In this document: in pieces, positions 62,660-64,000 of the stretch
How the letters are laid out: each line of letters begins with the position of its first letter
Numbering within the stretch: the first letter of the stretch is position 1
Source: Gammaproteobacteria bacterium
Lineage (GTDB): Bacteria; Pseudomonadota; Gammaproteobacteria; Steroidobacterales; Woeseiaceae
Length of the DNA stretch: 64,000 bases
NCBI GenBank assembly: GCA_009937615.1
Contig: JAACFB010000011.1
Coordinates: forward strand, 6,446 to 70,445
Direction: 5' to 3'
The notes under the pieces: generated by a model
What the model was told of the DNA's origin: nothing
Database searches by the model: none
The model's input: only the letters and a program-made list of their open reading frames with translations
Program-made: the position numbers and the translations under genes

Positions 62660-64000
62660 TTAGTTGCCGATCCGGATGACGGTGATCGCCGACAGCCCTT
62701 GCGGCGTATTGTGCGATATGCCGCCAAGGTAGATCGTATCGGGTGACAAGCCGCCCCAATTGACCGTGACAGTCTCGGTCGTGCCGGCATTTACAAACGC
62801 AGGCCCGCTCGCCGACATGTTGCCCTGATCGTCGAGCAGCCCGAAGGACCAGGCCAGCAGGCTGTAGTTGGCGCCGGGTCCGCCGGCAACCTCGTCCGTT
62901 TCGAAACCGTGAATTAAAATTGCGTAGCGCCCGGCCGTCGGCAACAGCACGTCGAACTCCTCATCCGATGTCGGGTTGCCGCTCTCGCCGATCAGTACGC
63001 AGTCGACGTTGTCCGCGCAGAAGTACACATACATGTCGAGGTCGTCGTCGCCGTCGGTCAGTGCGTCGAACAGGGCGAAGCGGAGGTAGGCCTGGCTGTC
63101 GGGCACATCGATCAGGTGGGCGGTCACGCCGTTGCCGGTGCGGAACGAAAAAGTCTTTGTCGGGTCGTTGTCGACAAAACCGCTAATAACGAGCGGTAGC
63201 CTCAGCCCATGCACTCCCGGCGAATAGGAGCCGGTGTAGCCGAACTCGACCGGGAAGCTCAGCGCCCCGCTTTCGCCAAAAGAAGTGATCTCGGCGGGGG
63301 CCGTGACCGAGATTGGTCGAATGGCAATGCTGCTATAAACGGACCGCCCCGCGCCCGTCCATGCCAGAGAACCGAAGCGCCAGAGGTCCAGTGGACCCGA
63401 CTGATAGCTGAACGTGACATCGAAAGAAGCGGACTGGCCGGCCGGCACCGTAATGCTTGTGGGCGTGACGTTGACCAGGATGCCCGGTGGCGCGACAACG
63501 CTCGCGTTGTAGGTTGCCGCCTCATCCGAGACGTTGGTGACGCGGCGGGTGATCGTGCGTTCGTTGGCAAGTCGTTCGATCGCGATCGAAGGCTGGTTGA
63601 GGTCGGCCGCGGCGAACGAGTAGCCTGCCGAGGACAGCTCGTCACAACGAGCCGTGGACACGCCGGGCGATGCCGTCCCGCAGGCAAACGCATCGTACTC
63701 ATCGGCAGCGACGTCATACACGAGACCGGGATCGACCGCGTCATTCGGCACGATGTGGCCGGCCCCGTAATCGAATGGAATCGCGGGATCTTCGCCGTTG
63801 GAGGCTGTTACGGACTGACGCGCCGTCGTCATCAGTGCGGACTTGATGGCTGACGGGCTCCAGTCGGGATGCGCCTGCATCAGAAGCGCAGCAACACCAG
63901 CAACATGCGGTGTCGACATCGAGGTGCCCGACAAATAGGCGAAGTCCTCGCCCGGAGTCGCGTTGGCGGCGTCCGGCGTAAATCCTGCAAGAATGTTAAT
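62660..64000 (-). CDS. subtilisin-like S8 serine peptidase, C-terminal part (5' end beyond the window edge)
   Basis: The frame stays open to position 64000. It carries the catalytic Ser motif [21 protein letters not shown], followed by beta-rich C-terminal domains (Fn3-like and pre-peptidase-like). The track start at 63934 is only an internal TTG. Confidence 0.85.
   Translation of the reverse strand: MNILAGFTPDAANATPGEDFAYLSGTSMSTPHVAGVAALLMQAHPDWSPSAIKSALMTTARQSVTASNGEDPAIPFDYGAGHIVPNDAVDPGLVYDVAADEYDAFACGTASPGVSTARCDELSSAGYSFAAADLNQPSIAIERLANERTITRRVTNVSDEAATYNASVVAPPGILVNVTPTSITVPAGQSASFDVTFSYQSGPLDLWRFGSLAWTGAGRSVYSSIAIRPISVTAPAEITSFGESGALSFPVEFGYTGSYSPGVHGLRLPLVISGFVDNDPTKTFSFRTGNGVTAHLIDVPDSQAYLRFALFDALTDGDDDLDMYVYFCADNVDCVLIGESGNPTSDEEFDVLLPTAGRYAILIHGFETDEVAGGPGANYSLLAWSFGLLDDQGNMSASGPAFVNAGTTETVTVNWGGLSPDTIYLGGISHNTPQGLSAITVIRIGN

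Overview
Visibly GC-rich proteobacterial chromosome segment with gammaproteobacterium-like gene order, centred on the replication-origin neighbourhood. The conserved backbone is gyrB-recF-dnaN-dnaA on the minus strand, then rpmH-rnpA-yidC, mnmE, mnmG, rsmG-parA-parB, atpIBEFHAGDC and glmU-glmS on the plus strand. Four inserts interrupt it. (i) An alpha/beta-hydrolase-OsmC fusion lies between yidC and mnmE. (ii) A five-gene translationally coupled peptidase/ABC operon lies between mnmE and mnmG. (iii) DUF945, cytochrome c4, an MBL hydrolase, acuI and prpBCD lie between mnmG and rsmG. (iv) A Na+/solute symporter lies between atpC and glmU. Downstream of glmS, in order: an RND efflux pair in one operon with two GNAT acetyltransferases and a MOSC protein; a quinone-oxidoreductase/BCCT/lipoprotein-carboxylesterase operon; a membrane protein and an HD-domain protein; xthA-prlC; gor; aroE; hemB; an ECF sigma / ZAS-like anti-sigma pair followed by a secreted six-fold EGSCG-repeat protein; tag; a small membrane protein; and a partial S8 protease. 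The likely oriC is the AT-rich dnaA-dnaN spacer, which has three perfect DnaA boxes. Two parS palindromes are embedded in recF. I recognised no rRNA, tRNA, CRISPR array, transposase, integrase or phage gene. The best candidates for something new are the orphan EGSCG-repeat (HvfA-like) protein under ECF/anti-sigma control with no maturase genes nearby, the S33/ABC/M16/M16 operon, and the RND-GNAT-GNAT-MOSC operon. Many long ORFs in the track are antisense artefacts of high GC content and were rejected.
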